A stretch of DNA of 64,000 nucleotides from Flavobacteriales bacterium (GTDB lineage: Bacteria; Bacteroidota; Bacteroidia; CAIKAF01). A program made the position numbers and the translations under genes. Position 1 is the first letter of the stretch; each line of letters starts with the position of its first letter. The stretch lies in assembly GCA_044376575.1 (NCBI GenBank), contig JBILKR010000005.1, forward strand, positions 44,078-108,077. The letters run 5' to 3'. Positions 46,679 to 57,029 of this stretch are shown one piece after another. The notes under the pieces are model-generated. The model saw only the letters and a program-made list of their open reading frames with translations, searched no databases and was not told where the DNA came from.

Positions 46679-47788
46679 TTGCGAATGAGACTCTTTGTCA
46701 TAGCAGGTGAGTCATCAGGCGATTTACATGCGTCCAATGTATTGGCTGAACTTCGACTTTTGAATCCAGAATTGGAGCTCAAGGGAATGGGAGGTGCCAT
46801 GATGGAAAGCAGAGGTGTGCAGATTATTAAGAGATATGAAGGCTTAAATTTTATGGGATTTTGGGAAGTGCTGAAAAATATTGGCACCGTTCTGAAAGCC
46901 ATGAATTATATTAAAAAAGAAATACTGAATTTTAAACCTGATGCTGTATTACTAATAGATTATCCTGCATTTAATTTAAGAATTGCATCTTTTTGTAAAA
47001 AGCATAACATTAAAGTAATCTACTATATATCTCCTCAAATCTGGGCTTGGAAACAATCGCGCATTCATCAGATTAAAAAGAATATAGATTTAATGCTTGT
47101 AATTCTTCCGTTTGAAGAAAAGTTTTACGAACGATGGAATAAAAAAGTAGTGTATGTCGGACATCCTTTGCTTGATGCCATTCAACAATTTAAAATTTCG
47201 CAAAGAGATTCTTTACAATTTAAGAAGCCTGTAATTGCTATTCTTCCCGGAAGCAGAAGAGGTGAGATTTCAAATATGTTGCCTGTAATGCTGAAAGCCG
47301 TTAAAAAATATATTCACGAATATCAGATTATTATAGCAGCTGCACCATCTATTGAACTTTCTTTTTATGAAGAGTTTGTTCAGGATGTGGATGTGAAAAT
47401 TTTACAGCATCAAACTTATCATATTTTAAATACAGCACATGCAGCACTTGTTACTTCCGGAACAGCAACACTCGAAACAGCCTTGTTTCATGTTCCTCAG
47501 GTAGTATGTTATAAAGGCAGTAGCATCAGTTATCATATTGCAAAACAACTAATTCACGTCAAATATATTTCGTTGGTGAATCTGATCTTAGACAGACCCG
47601 TAGTAACAGAATTAATTCAACATGATATGAATTCTGATCGATTACAAAATGAATTAGATTTTATATTGAACGAAGGCCGTTTATTGCAATTAAGTGCTTA
47701 TCAGGATTTGGAAAAAATACTTGGACAACATGGAGCTTCTAAAAAAGCAGCCATGAGAATTCATACATTTCTTCAACTGAAACAATAA
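46679..47788 (+). CDS. lpxB: Lipid-A-disaccharide synthase
   Basis: 369 aa GT-B glycosyltransferase with an LpxB N-terminus (LFVIAGESSGDLHASNV). Confidence 0.88.
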   Translation: MRMRLFVIAGESSGDLHASNVLAELRLLNPELELKGMGGAMMESRGVQIIKRYEGLNFMGFWEVLKNIGTVLKAMNYIKKEILNFKPDAVLLIDYPAFNLRIASFCKKHNIKVIYYISPQIWAWKQSRIHQIKKNIDLMLVILPFEEKFYERWNKKVVYVGHPLLDAIQQFKISQRDSLQFKKPVIAILPGSRRGEISNMLPVMLKAVKKYIHEYQIIIAAAPSIELSFYEEFVQDVDVKILQHQTYHILNTAHAALVTSGTATLETALFHVPQVVCYKGSSISYHIAKQLIHVKYISLVNLILDRPVVTELIQHDMNSDRLQNELDFILNEGRLLQLSAYQDLEKILGQHGASKKAAMRIHTFLQLKQ

Positions 47789-47903
47789 TTTGATTTTTTT
47801 CTAAAGCAGGCCAACCATCAACGATACTGTGTTGATATCATTTTATGCATCTTTTAAAATCCCCTGTTTTTGATTATATTTGTAAGTATAAGAGATTAGT
47901 TTT

Positions 47904-49748
47904 ATGGCAGAAAAGAAAGTAAATTATTCAGAAGATAATATCCGTTCGCTCGATTGGAAAGAACATATTCGTTTACGTCCGGGAATGTATATAGGCAAGT
48001 TAGGTGATGGTTCAGCTCATGATGACGGTATATATATATTATTGAAAGAGGTGGTGGATAATTCCATCGATGAGTTTGTAATGGGAAACGGAACCAGGAT
48101 TGATATTGAAATTACAGGTCAGCAAGTAACTGTAAGAGATTATGGCCGTGGTATTCCTCTTGGTAAATTAATTGATTGTGTTGCCAAACCCAATACCGGT
48201 GCTAAATATGATTCAGAATCTTTTAAAAAATCTGTAGGTTTAAATGGTATCGGAACAAAAGCAGTTAACGCACTTTCAGTTCAGTTTAGCGCTCAGTCTG
48301 TAAGAGACGGACAAACAAAAATTGCTGAATTCAGCAGGGGAGAGATAATTAAAGATCATCCGGTTAAAAAATCTGACGAGAAACAAGGAACAATTATTAC
48401 GTTTACTCCGGATGATCAAATATTTCACAACTTTAATTACCGAAACAGCTACATCGAAAAAATGTTATGGAACTATGCCTATTTAAATACAGGCTTAACC
48501 ATACGTTTTAACGGACAGGAAATAAAAAGCGAAAACGGATTACTTGATTTGCTGAATGCTAACCTAAGTGGTGAAATCAATTATCCAATCATCCACATGA
48601 AAGGCGAGGATATTGAAATTGCAATGACGCATGGTCATCAGTATGGAGAAGAGTATTATTCATTTGTTAATGGTCAATATACACCACAAGGCGGAACTCA
48701 TCAGGCCTCATTCAGGGAGGCAGTTGTAAAAACTGTAAGGGAGTTTTATAAAAAAGATTTTGACCCGTCTGATGTTCGTAGTTCAATTATCTCTGCGGTA
48801 AGCGTCAAAGTGATGGAGCCTGTATTTGAATCTCAAACCAAAACAAAACTCGGTTCACAAACCATGTCGCCGGATGGAATATCAATCCGCACTTTCATGA
48901 TGGATTTTGTGAAAAGAGAACTGGATAACTTCCTTCATAAAAATCCTGAAGTCGCACAATCTCTTCTTGAAAAAATTATCGCCAGCGAAAGAGAAAGAAA
49001 AGAGTTGGCTGGTATTAAAAAAATAGCCAGAGAACGCGCGAAGAAAGCGGCAATTCATAACCGTAAACTCCGCGATTGCAGGGTTCATTTTAGTTCAAAT
49101 CATGAAAATCGATTAAATACAACTCTCTTTATTACTGAGGGAGATTCAGCCAGCGGATCAATTACTAAAGCGAGGGATGTTAATACTCAAGGGGTTTTCA
49201 GTCTGAAAGGAAAGCCATTGAATACTTATGGACTTAGTAAAAAAATTGTTTACGAAAATGAAGAATTCAATCTCTTGCAACATGCACTTGACATTGAAAA
49301 CGGAATTGAAAATCTCAGGTATAATAATATTGTCATTGCAACCGATGCTGATGTGGATGGAATGCATATACGTTTATTGTTAATTACATTCTTTCTTCAG
49401 TTTTTTCCTGACATTGTAAAAGCAGGGCATTTATACATATTGCAAACGCCATTATTCAGGGTACGTAATAAAAAGGAAACCTATTATTGTTATGATGATC
49501 AAGAAAGGGTAACTGCGATAGCGAAATGTGGAAAAGGAGCAGAGATTACACGATTCAAAGGATTGGGAGAAATATCTCCAGATGAGTTTCGTCAGTTTAT
49601 CAATGAAAATATTCGACTCGAACCGGTGCTTATCAAAAAGGATACTAGTATTGAAGATTTACTAACATTCTACATGGGAAAGAATACACCGGAAAGACAG
49701 GACTTTATTATCAGCAATCTGAAAGTAGAACTTGACCTAGCTGAGTAA
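47904..49748 (+). CDS. parE: DNA topoisomerase IV subunit B (type IIA topoisomerase B subunit)
   Basis: 614 aa. GHKL ATPase ([11 protein letters not shown]), transducer, Toprim (EGDSASGS) and C-terminal (GLGE) regions. Called ParE rather than GyrB because it pairs with the nearby ParC-like A subunit. Confidence 0.75.
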   Translation: MAEKKVNYSEDNIRSLDWKEHIRLRPGMYIGKLGDGSAHDDGIYILLKEVVDNSIDEFVMGNGTRIDIEITGQQVTVRDYGRGIPLGKLIDCVAKPNTGAKYDSESFKKSVGLNGIGTKAVNALSVQFSAQSVRDGQTKIAEFSRGEIIKDHPVKKSDEKQGTIITFTPDDQIFHNFNYRNSYIEKMLWNYAYLNTGLTIRFNGQEIKSENGLLDLLNANLSGEINYPIIHMKGEDIEIAMTHGHQYGEEYYSFVNGQYTPQGGTHQASFREAVVKTVREFYKKDFDPSDVRSSIISAVSVKVMEPVFESQTKTKLGSQTMSPDGISIRTFMMDFVKRELDNFLHKNPEVAQSLLEKIIASERERKELAGIKKIARERAKKAAIHNRKLRDCRVHFSSNHENRLNTTLFITEGDSASGSITKARDVNTQGVFSLKGKPLNTYGLSKKIVYENEEFNLLQHALDIENGIENLRYNNIVIATDADVDGMHIRLLLITFFLQFFPDIVKAGHLYILQTPLFRVRNKKETYYCYDDQERVTAIAKCGKGAEITRFKGLGEISPDEFRQFINENIRLEPVLIKKDTSIEDLLTFYMGKNTPERQDFIISNLKVELDLAE

Positions 49749-49756
49749 ATCAGTTT

Positions 49757-50977
49757 TTAATGTCCCAACTTTTGAAGTAAATGACCAAGTTTATCACGCT
49801 TGGTTTTTAAATAGAAATCATTGTGTGGATTCGAATTGATTTCGATAGGAATATTTTCTACAATCTCTAGTCCGTATCCAATGAGACCAATTCTTTTTTT
49901 AGGATTATTAGTCAAGAGTTTAATTTTGCTTATTCCCAGTGTGCGCAATATCTGTGCCCCAATTCCGTAATCACGTTGATCCATTCCAAACCCCAGTTGT
50001 AAGTTGGCTTCTACCGTATCTAACCCTTGCTCCTGCAGTTCGTATGCTTTTAATTTATTGATCAGTCCGATACCTCTTCCTTCCTGATTCATGTAAACAA
50101 TAACACCCTTACCTTGCTTTTCAATCATCTCCATGGCAGTATGTAACTGAGGACCACAATCACAACGGTATGAGCCGAAAATATCACCTGTCATGCACGA
50201 TGAATGAACACGAACAAGCACCTCTTCTTCTTCATTAAATTCACCTTTCACCAACGCCAGGTGAAGCTGATCATTGGTTGTTTGTTTAAATGCGAGTAGC
50301 TTAAAATCACCAAACTCAGTTGGTAATTTTACTTCAGCTTCTTTAGAAATTAAACTTTCGGTTTTTAAACGATATGAAACCAAATCGGCAATCGATATGA
50401 TAGATAAATTGAATTTTTTCGAAATCTCCATCAATTCAGGCATACGAGCCATAGTGCCATCTTCATTCATAATTTCAACCAATACTCCGGCGGGTTCAAA
50501 CCCGGCTAATCTGGCTAAATCAATTGTTGCTTCTGTATGGCCTATTCTGCGAAGTACACCACCTCTTTTAGCCCTGAGTGGAAAAATATGTCCGGGTTTT
50601 CCTAATTCTTCAGGCTTAGTGTTAAGATTAATCAGGGCCTGAATTGTTTTAGATCGGTCTGATGCAGAGATGCCGGTTGAAACACCCTGTCCGATTAAAT
50701 CAATCGAAACAGTAAAAGGAGTTTCATGCAATGCACTGTTATCATTAACCATTAATTTTAATCCCAGCTCATCACATCGATCTTCAATCAAAGGCGCGCA
50801 AATTAATCCGCGTCCGTGCGTAGCCATAAAATTAATTACTTCGGGAGTTACATTTCGAGCAGCAGTAATAAAATCGCCTTCATTTTCTCTGTCTTCGTCA
50901 TCTACTACAATAACAATTTTCCCGTTTTTAATATCTTCAATTGCTTCTTCAATCGTGTTGAGCACAAACCCACTCAT
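49757..50977 (-). CDS. ribBA: Bifunctional 3,4-dihydroxy-2-butanone-4-phosphate synthase / GTP cyclohydrolase II
   Basis: 406 aa. RibB half (RENEGD) and RibA half with a zinc Cys cluster ([15 protein letters not shown]). Confidence 0.92.
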   Translation of the reverse strand: MSGFVLNTIEEAIEDIKNGKIVIVVDDEDRENEGDFITAARNVTPEVINFMATHGRGLICAPLIEDRCDELGLKLMVNDNSALHETPFTVSIDLIGQGVSTGISASDRSKTIQALINLNTKPEELGKPGHIFPLRAKRGGVLRRIGHTEATIDLARLAGFEPAGVLVEIMNEDGTMARMPELMEISKKFNLSIISIADLVSYRLKTESLISKEAEVKLPTEFGDFKLLAFKQTTNDQLHLALVKGEFNEEEEVLVRVHSSCMTGDIFGSYRCDCGPQLHTAMEMIEKQGKGVIVYMNQEGRGIGLINKLKAYELQEQGLDTVEANLQLGFGMDQRDYGIGAQILRTLGISKIKLLTNNPKKRIGLIGYGLEIVENIPIEINSNPHNDFYLKTKRDKLGHLLQKLGH

Positions 50978-51148
50978 GGTAATTAATTTGGTGCAAAGTT
51001 ACCTATTTACTTATTCATTCTGAAACATTATCCTTAATAGATGTTAGTATTACTAAAGCGCTTGATTTTGTTGATAAAGCAAAGGCAATGTTAACAAATC
51101 ACCGGTGATGATGAGAAAACATTGAACTGTAGATTGTAATTTTGTTAA

Positions 51149-53746
51149 TTGCAGATTTGGCATATTATGGAGGAAAATCATCACATTACGGACCAGAACG
51201 GAGACAAAACAATTTCCCTTACGGGAATGTATCAAAACTATTTTCTGGATTATGCTTCTTACGTAATTTTAGAGCGTGCAGTACCTGCCATTGAAGATGG
51301 GTTAAAACCTGTTCAGCGAAGAATTTTACATTCCATGTTTGAACTGGAAGACGGAAGATATAATAAGGTGGCGAATGTGATAGGTAATACCATGAAATAT
51401 CACCCACACGGAGATGCTTCCATCAATGATGCTATGGTTCAGATTGGTCAGAAAGAACTGCTCATAGATACTCAGGGTAATTGGGGTAATATTTATACCG
51501 GCGACAGTGCTGCAGCATCACGTTATATTGAAGCACGTTTAACCAAGTTTGCATTGGATGTGGTTTTCAATGCCAAAACAACGAACTGGCAAATGTCTTA
51601 CGACGGCAGAAATAAAGAGCCGGTTACTTTACCTGTTAAATTTCCTTTATTGCTTGCTCAGGGTGTAGAAGGAATTGCGGTGGGGCTAGCTTGTAAAATT
51701 ATGCCCCATAATTTTGTTGAACTGATTGATGCCAGCATTGATATTCTAAAGGGAAAAAAAGTGCAGATATTCCCTGATTTTCCAACTGCGGGAATGATTG
51801 ATATCTCAAAGTATAACAACGGATTGAGAGGTGGAAAAATCAGGGTGCGGGCTAAAATGAATATTGTTGACAGTAAAACATTGTGCGTTACTGAAATTCC
51901 ATTCGGAACAACAACTTCATCATTGATTGATTCTGTCATTTCGGCATCAGATAAAGGAAAAATTAAAATCAAAAAGATAGAAGATAATACTGCTGAAAAT
52001 GTAGAGATTTTGATTCATCTGCCACCCGGTATTTCTCCGGATCAAACCATTGATGCATTATATGCATTTACAGATTGTGAAATAAGTATTTCTCCTAATT
52101 CCTGTGTGATTGTTGACCAGAAACCCATATTTATGGGTGTTGATCAGATGCTAGCCATTGCCGCTAAAAATACAGTTGACTTACTGAAGAAGGAACTTGA
52201 AATAAAGAAAAGTGAGTTACAGGAATCTATCTTATTTACTTCACTCGAAAAAATATTTATTGAAAAACGAATCTATCGCGATATTGAGGAGTGCGAAACA
52301 TGGGAAGAGATCATTGAAACTATTGATAAGGGATTAAAACCTTATAAAAAGAAGTTTTATCGTGAGATAGTCAGAGAAGATATCGAGAAACTAACCGAAA
52401 TTAAAATTAAGCGAATTTCTAAGTTTGATAGTTTTAAAGCTGATGAGCAGTTAAAAGGTTTAAATAATGAATTGGAATCAGTTCAGTCGAATCTTGATAA
52501 TATCGTTTCCTATGCCATTGATTATTTTAAGGAGTTAAAGAAAAAATACGGAAAAGGCAGAGAACGTAAAGCTGAAATTCGCTCTTTTGAATCCATTGAA
52601 GCAACACAGGTTGTAATCAGAAATGAAAAATTATATGTTGATTATGAAAATGGATTTGCAGGTTATGGATTGAAAAATGCTGAATTCGTTGCTGATTGTT
52701 CTGATATTGATGATATCATTGTCTTTAGAGAAGATGGAACCATGACCGTCAGTAAGGTTACAGACAAGGCATACATCGGTAAGGGTATCTTGCATATAGC
52801 GGTTTGGAAAAAAGATGATGAACGCACCATCTATCATATGGTTTATAGAGATGGTCCTTTGGGGGCAACTCATATCAAAAGGTTTTCAGTAACATCTATC
52901 ATCAGAGATAAAGATTACGATTTAACTAAAGGAACCAAAGGATCAAAAGTGGTTTACTTCAGCGTCAATCCAAATGGTGAATCCGAAGTGCTCTCGATTT
53001 ATTTAAAACCCAGACCCAAATTAAAGAAGCAGGTTTTTGATTTTGATCTGGCAGATCTTGCCATAAAAGGAAGAAACTCTCAGGGAAATGTGTTAAGTAA
53101 ATTTCCTATTCGTAAAATTGTAAGTAAGGCAAAAGGTGAATCTACTTTGGGTGGTTTAAAATTCTGGTTTGATCCATATGTAAGAAGATTAAATAATGAC
53201 GAAAAAGGGCAGTTTCTCGGAGAATTTACAGGCAACGACCGATTATTGATCATTACTCAAACAGGTATGTACAGGTTAATTAAACCTGATCTTTCTCTTC
53301 ACTTTGATGACGATGTGATGACCATCGAAAAGTTCAATAAGAAGAAATGTATTACAACGATTTATTTTGATGGTGAAAAAAAAGAATACATCGCTAAACG
53401 GTTTCATCCGGAAACTATGGATAAAAATGTTTTATTCATCACTGATCATTTGAATTCGAAAGTACATTTAGTGAGCACAGATAGTTACCCGATGCTTATG
53501 ATTACCGCAAAACGAAATCAAAGTTTGGAAAAGGATGTACTCAATGTACATGAGCAAGTGGGTGTAATTAATGAGAAGTCTAAGGGTAAAAAGCTGAATT
53601 ACAGAGATATAAAACTATTAAGCTGGATGGACCCTCTGCCTGAACCGTCTTATATGACTGAAAAACAAGAAGATGAGCCTGAAACTGGGGATATTGTTAA
53701 AGAAATAGACCTTGAGGCAGATGATGAACAACAAAAATTGTTCTAA
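51149..53746 (+). CDS. parC: DNA topoisomerase IV subunit A (type IIA topoisomerase A subunit)
   Basis: 865 aa. Catalytic Tyr region (GLKPVQRRILHSM...NWGNIYTGDSAAASRYIEARL) and C-terminal beta-pinwheel. Called ParC rather than GyrA on the KPVQRRI-type motif and the pairing with the ParE-like gene. The true start may be the downstream in-frame Met at 51164 (MEENHH...). Confidence 0.75.
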   Translation: MQIWHIMEENHHITDQNGDKTISLTGMYQNYFLDYASYVILERAVPAIEDGLKPVQRRILHSMFELEDGRYNKVANVIGNTMKYHPHGDASINDAMVQIGQKELLIDTQGNWGNIYTGDSAAASRYIEARLTKFALDVVFNAKTTNWQMSYDGRNKEPVTLPVKFPLLLAQGVEGIAVGLACKIMPHNFVELIDASIDILKGKKVQIFPDFPTAGMIDISKYNNGLRGGKIRVRAKMNIVDSKTLCVTEIPFGTTTSSLIDSVISASDKGKIKIKKIEDNTAENVEILIHLPPGISPDQTIDALYAFTDCEISISPNSCVIVDQKPIFMGVDQMLAIAAKNTVDLLKKELEIKKSELQESILFTSLEKIFIEKRIYRDIEECETWEEIIETIDKGLKPYKKKFYREIVREDIEKLTEIKIKRISKFDSFKADEQLKGLNNELESVQSNLDNIVSYAIDYFKELKKKYGKGRERKAEIRSFESIEATQVVIRNEKLYVDYENGFAGYGLKNAEFVADCSDIDDIIVFREDGTMTVSKVTDKAYIGKGILHIAVWKKDDERTIYHMVYRDGPLGATHIKRFSVTSIIRDKDYDLTKGTKGSKVVYFSVNPNGESEVLSIYLKPRPKLKKQVFDFDLADLAIKGRNSQGNVLSKFPIRKIVSKAKGESTLGGLKFWFDPYVRRLNNDEKGQFLGEFTGNDRLLIITQTGMYRLIKPDLSLHFDDDVMTIEKFNKKKCITTIYFDGEKKEYIAKRFHPETMDKNVLFITDHLNSKVHLVSTDSYPMLMITAKRNQSLEKDVLNVHEQVGVINEKSKGKKLNYRDIKLLSWMDPLPEPSYMTEKQEDEPETGDIVKEIDLEADDEQQKLF

Positions 53747-54024
53747 AAATCACATTGTCAGTTTTATAAACTATTTTTAAGTTATCTTTTTAGGGTATTC
53801 TAAACTTTGGTTTGCATTTTGTTAACAATTGTAAATCTTTGATTATTAGTTTTTTAAACCTCTTAACAATAATAACTCTGGCATATCCGTTATAATCCTG
53901 TATTTTTGTAGTGTTATTTTATAAATCCATTAATTAAAAATATCGAAACGATAATCAATAAAAAGATGACAGTGCCGGAAGCCTGAATAATTTCTTATAA
54001 TATGATGAATCGTTTTGTTTTATG

Positions 54025-54055
54025 AAAAAAGCCTGCTAATCGCAGGCTTTTTCAT
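54025..54055. terminator. Rho-independent terminator, mainly for argS (-)
   Basis: AAAAAAGCCTGC-taatc-GCAGGCTTTTT, 10 nt past the argS stop. Confidence 0.75.
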
Positions 54056-54064
54056 TTTTACTTA

Positions 54065-55864
54065 TTACATACGTTCGGGCGAATGAATGCCCAAGAGGTA
54101 TAACGCATTCTTAATTGTATTACCCACCGTTTGGGTTAAAGCTAATCTGAAATTTCTGGCAAGTGCATCTTCTTCTTTGATTACTTTATAATCATGATAA
54201 AAATTACTGAAGTCACATGCCAGTTCATAAACATAATTGGCAATAAGTGCAGGACTGTAATTATTTGCTGCTTCGTTAATCGTTAATGGAAATTGTGCCA
54301 GGTTTCTAACCAGTCTAGTTTCTTTTTCATTGGGATGATAATTAATCAGAGTAGATGATTCAAGTTCTGATTGTAAGCCGAGTGAAATTGCATTGCGAAG
54401 AAGTGATTGTGTTCTGGCATATATATACTGAATAAACGGTGCCGTGTTTCCATTGAAATCTATTGATTCATGAGGATTGAAAATCATTTTCTTTTTAGGA
54501 TCAACTTTTAAAATAAAGTAACGCAATGCGCCCAACCCAATCTGTTTATATATGATTTCTTTTTCAGCATCACTTATTTCATTCAGCTTACCCTGTTCGC
54601 TGGCTTTTTCTTTTGCAATCTGAATTACATCGTCAATCAGGTCGTCGGCATCAACAACAGTTCCTTCACGACTTTTCATTTTGCCTGTAGGTAATTCAAC
54701 CATACCATAAGATAGGTTATATAAATGATCAGACGCCTTCATGCCTAACCTCTTCAGTATTTCGAATAAAACTTTAAAGTGATAGTCTTGCTCGTTTCCA
54801 ACTACATAAATGGATTGATCAAACTCATAATCTTTTTGTTTTTTATAGGCGAGGGCAATATCCTGAGTCATATAAACGGTTGTTCCATTACTTCGTAAAA
54901 CAACTTTTTGATCCAATCCGATATCTGTTAAATCAATCCAAACCGATCCATCATCTTTTTGAAAAAATACACCTTTTTCAAGTCCCTCCTGAACGGTTTC
55001 CCTGCCAAGATTATAGATGTCTGACTCATAATAAAACCGGTCGAAGCTAAGGTCTAATGACTGGTATGTTTTATCAACGCCTTCATAGAACCAGCCATTC
55101 ATCATCTTCCATAACTCTCGTACTTCCAAATCACCGTTTTCCCAGGCAATGGTAAGATTAGCTATTTCCTGATCTAGTGGATTTTGTTTTTTAGCATCCT
55201 CTTCACTTAAACCCTGATTAATCAGTTGTTGTATTGAAGCTTTTGAGTGGTCGTTGAATTGAACATAATAATCACCTACTAGTTTATCTCCTTTTATTCC
55301 GCTGTTTGATGGAGTTTTTTTATCATGACTTTGCATGTATGCCCACATCGATTTTGAAATGTTTGTTCCTCGATCATTATACAAGCAAACTTGATATACT
55401 TTTTTTCCCGTTGCTTCAATTATTCGGGATAGTGAAAATCCAAGAAATATATTTCTAAGATGTCCTAAATGAAGTGGTTTATTTGTATTGGGCGAAGGAT
55501 ATTCAATGATTACTGATGAATTTCCTGATTGATAAGATTGAAACCCCCAATTCATGTCATGTTGAATAGTTGAAAGCTCCTGATTCCAGAAATTAGGGTT
55601 GAACTCGATATTTAAAAAACCTTTCACCAGATTATATCCTGAAACAAAATTGAATTTTGATTTTAATCCGATTACAATTAAATCAGCAAGTTGTTGAGGC
55701 GATTGTCCTGTTTTTTTTATGATAGAAAATAAAACAATGGTATAATCTCCTGGATATTCTCTGGGCGTTTGGTTAATGATAATATCTTCCGGTTTGATAA
55801 CTAAATCAAAGCTAGTTGAAATGATATGGGCTGTGATATTGCTTAATTCCTGTTGAATATTCAT
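54065..55864 (-). CDS. argS: Arginine--tRNA ligase
   Basis: 599 aa class I aaRS. HIGH-type motif (PNTNKPLHLGHLRN), anticodon-binding C-terminus, and a KMSK-like motif (GKMKSREG). Confidence 0.92.
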   Translation of the reverse strand: MNIQQELSNITAHIISTSFDLVIKPEDIIINQTPREYPGDYTIVLFSIIKKTGQSPQQLADLIVIGLKSKFNFVSGYNLVKGFLNIEFNPNFWNQELSTIQHDMNWGFQSYQSGNSSVIIEYPSPNTNKPLHLGHLRNIFLGFSLSRIIEATGKKVYQVCLYNDRGTNISKSMWAYMQSHDKKTPSNSGIKGDKLVGDYYVQFNDHSKASIQQLINQGLSEEDAKKQNPLDQEIANLTIAWENGDLEVRELWKMMNGWFYEGVDKTYQSLDLSFDRFYYESDIYNLGRETVQEGLEKGVFFQKDDGSVWIDLTDIGLDQKVVLRSNGTTVYMTQDIALAYKKQKDYEFDQSIYVVGNEQDYHFKVLFEILKRLGMKASDHLYNLSYGMVELPTGKMKSREGTVVDADDLIDDVIQIAKEKASEQGKLNEISDAEKEIIYKQIGLGALRYFILKVDPKKKMIFNPHESIDFNGNTAPFIQYIYARTQSLLRNAISLGLQSELESSTLINYHPNEKETRLVRNLAQFPLTINEAANNYSPALIANYVYELACDFSNFYHDYKVIKEEDALARNFRLALTQTVGNTIKNALYLLGIHSPERM

Positions 55865-56919
55865 GATTTCTTTTTTCTTTTAATCATTGGTTGAATTATT
55901 TTCTTAGGCTGAATGACGGGAAGAATTTTTTGTATCGGTTTTATTTTTTTCTGCTCTTTAATGAGTTTCTTTTTAGATTTTTCAATCGCATTAACTGCGT
56001 CCCTGAAAATTGGAAATACCCTGATTGCAGTTCTGTTTTCCTGATCAAGCAACGGATTGATTTCAGTAATTTCAAAACAAACTACTTTAGGATCTTTCAA
56101 CAGCGTTGTGAGAATTTTAGTTGCTTCATTTACAGTTAAACCATTGGGAACAGGTGTGCCGGTTCCTTTTACCAACGAACCATCGAGCGAATCTATATCG
56201 AAAGAAACATACAGTATATCACAATCCTTCAGGTAATCTATACATGATTTACAAATCTCCTTTATTTTTCCCTTGCGGATGGTTTCAACGTTCACCGTTT
56301 TTATCTTATTCCGCTTGATGTATTGAGTTTCTTCAGTTTCCGTATCTCTGAGTCCGATAAAAATAAGGCTATCAGGAGTTATTTTTGGATAAATGCCACC
56401 AATGTTTTTTAGTGTATCCCAAAATGGAATCGTATCGCCGGTGACAGGATTTTTAGGTTTGCCCTGAAAGTCTATCCCTAAAGCAGACGCAAGCGGCATG
56501 CCATGAATATTGCCTGATGGTGTAGTGTAAGGTGAGTGAAGATCAGCATGGGCATCTATCCAGATAACACCAAGTTTCTTATTTGGGTTTGCCATTTTAA
56601 TTCCGGCAATGGTTCCACCTGCACTACTATGATCACCGGATATTACTACTGGGAATCTACCTGCTTTTATTTCTTTTGAAATAGTATTTGCCTGCTTTTG
56701 AAAGATTTTTACTACTCCTTTTATCCTTTTAGCATATGTTCTAATAGGATTTTTATATAAAAGATTGGAAGAGTCCTTTACTTCCTTGCTTTTAAATTTC
56801 CCGAACAAATAAGATCCATAAGCCAAAGAAGCCATTTTAAGGGCTTCAATGCCAAGGCTTGCACCCCTCGTTCCGGCACCTAATTCTGATCTTACTTCTA
56901 TTAGTTTAATTCCTTTCAT
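55861..56919 (-). CDS. Arginase-family ureohydrolase (agmatinase/arginase) with lysine-rich C-terminal tail
   Basis: 352 aa with canonical Mn-binding motifs (SGDHSSAGG, DAHADLH, SFDIDSLD). Stop overlaps the argS start (ATGA). Divergent from the arginine decarboxylase gene. C-terminal about 45 aa is a K/I/Q/P-rich tail. Confidence 0.82.
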   Translation of the reverse strand: MKGIKLIEVRSELGAGTRGASLGIEALKMASLAYGSYLFGKFKSKEVKDSSNLLYKNPIRTYAKRIKGVVKIFQKQANTISKEIKAGRFPVVISGDHSSAGGTIAGIKMANPNKKLGVIWIDAHADLHSPYTTPSGNIHGMPLASALGIDFQGKPKNPVTGDTIPFWDTLKNIGGIYPKITPDSLIFIGLRDTETEETQYIKRNKIKTVNVETIRKGKIKEICKSCIDYLKDCDILYVSFDIDSLDGSLVKGTGTPVPNGLTVNEATKILTTLLKDPKVVCFEITEINPLLDQENRTAIRVFPIFRDAVNAIEKSKKKLIKEQKKIKPIQKILPVIQPKKIIQPMIKRKKKS

Positions 56920-57029
56920 TTAATCTAACTTATTTAGTTATGTTAAAAAATAAAGATCCAAGTGAGTTAGATTGTAAAAATTCAATCTTTTCTATCATAT
57001 TTGCACTCTAATAAATTAAACACCTTAAC

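Noticed and set aside
50274-51023. Two plus-strand ORFs (122 and 117 aa) antisense within ribBA
   Set aside because: Shadow ORFs of a strongly supported gene, Ser-rich and low-complexity.
50978-51148. Possible FMN riboswitch (RFN element) in the ribBA leader
   Set aside because: I looked for it because ribBA is a classic RFN target. The leader is AT-rich and lacks the G-rich conserved core (GGG/CCC paired segments). I cannot support a riboswitch by eye.
53747-54024. 278-nt spacer between parC and the argS terminator, checked for a small gene or ncRNA
   Set aside because: Only a 6-codon ORF and no structured or GC-rich segment apart from the terminator hairpin at 54025-54055.
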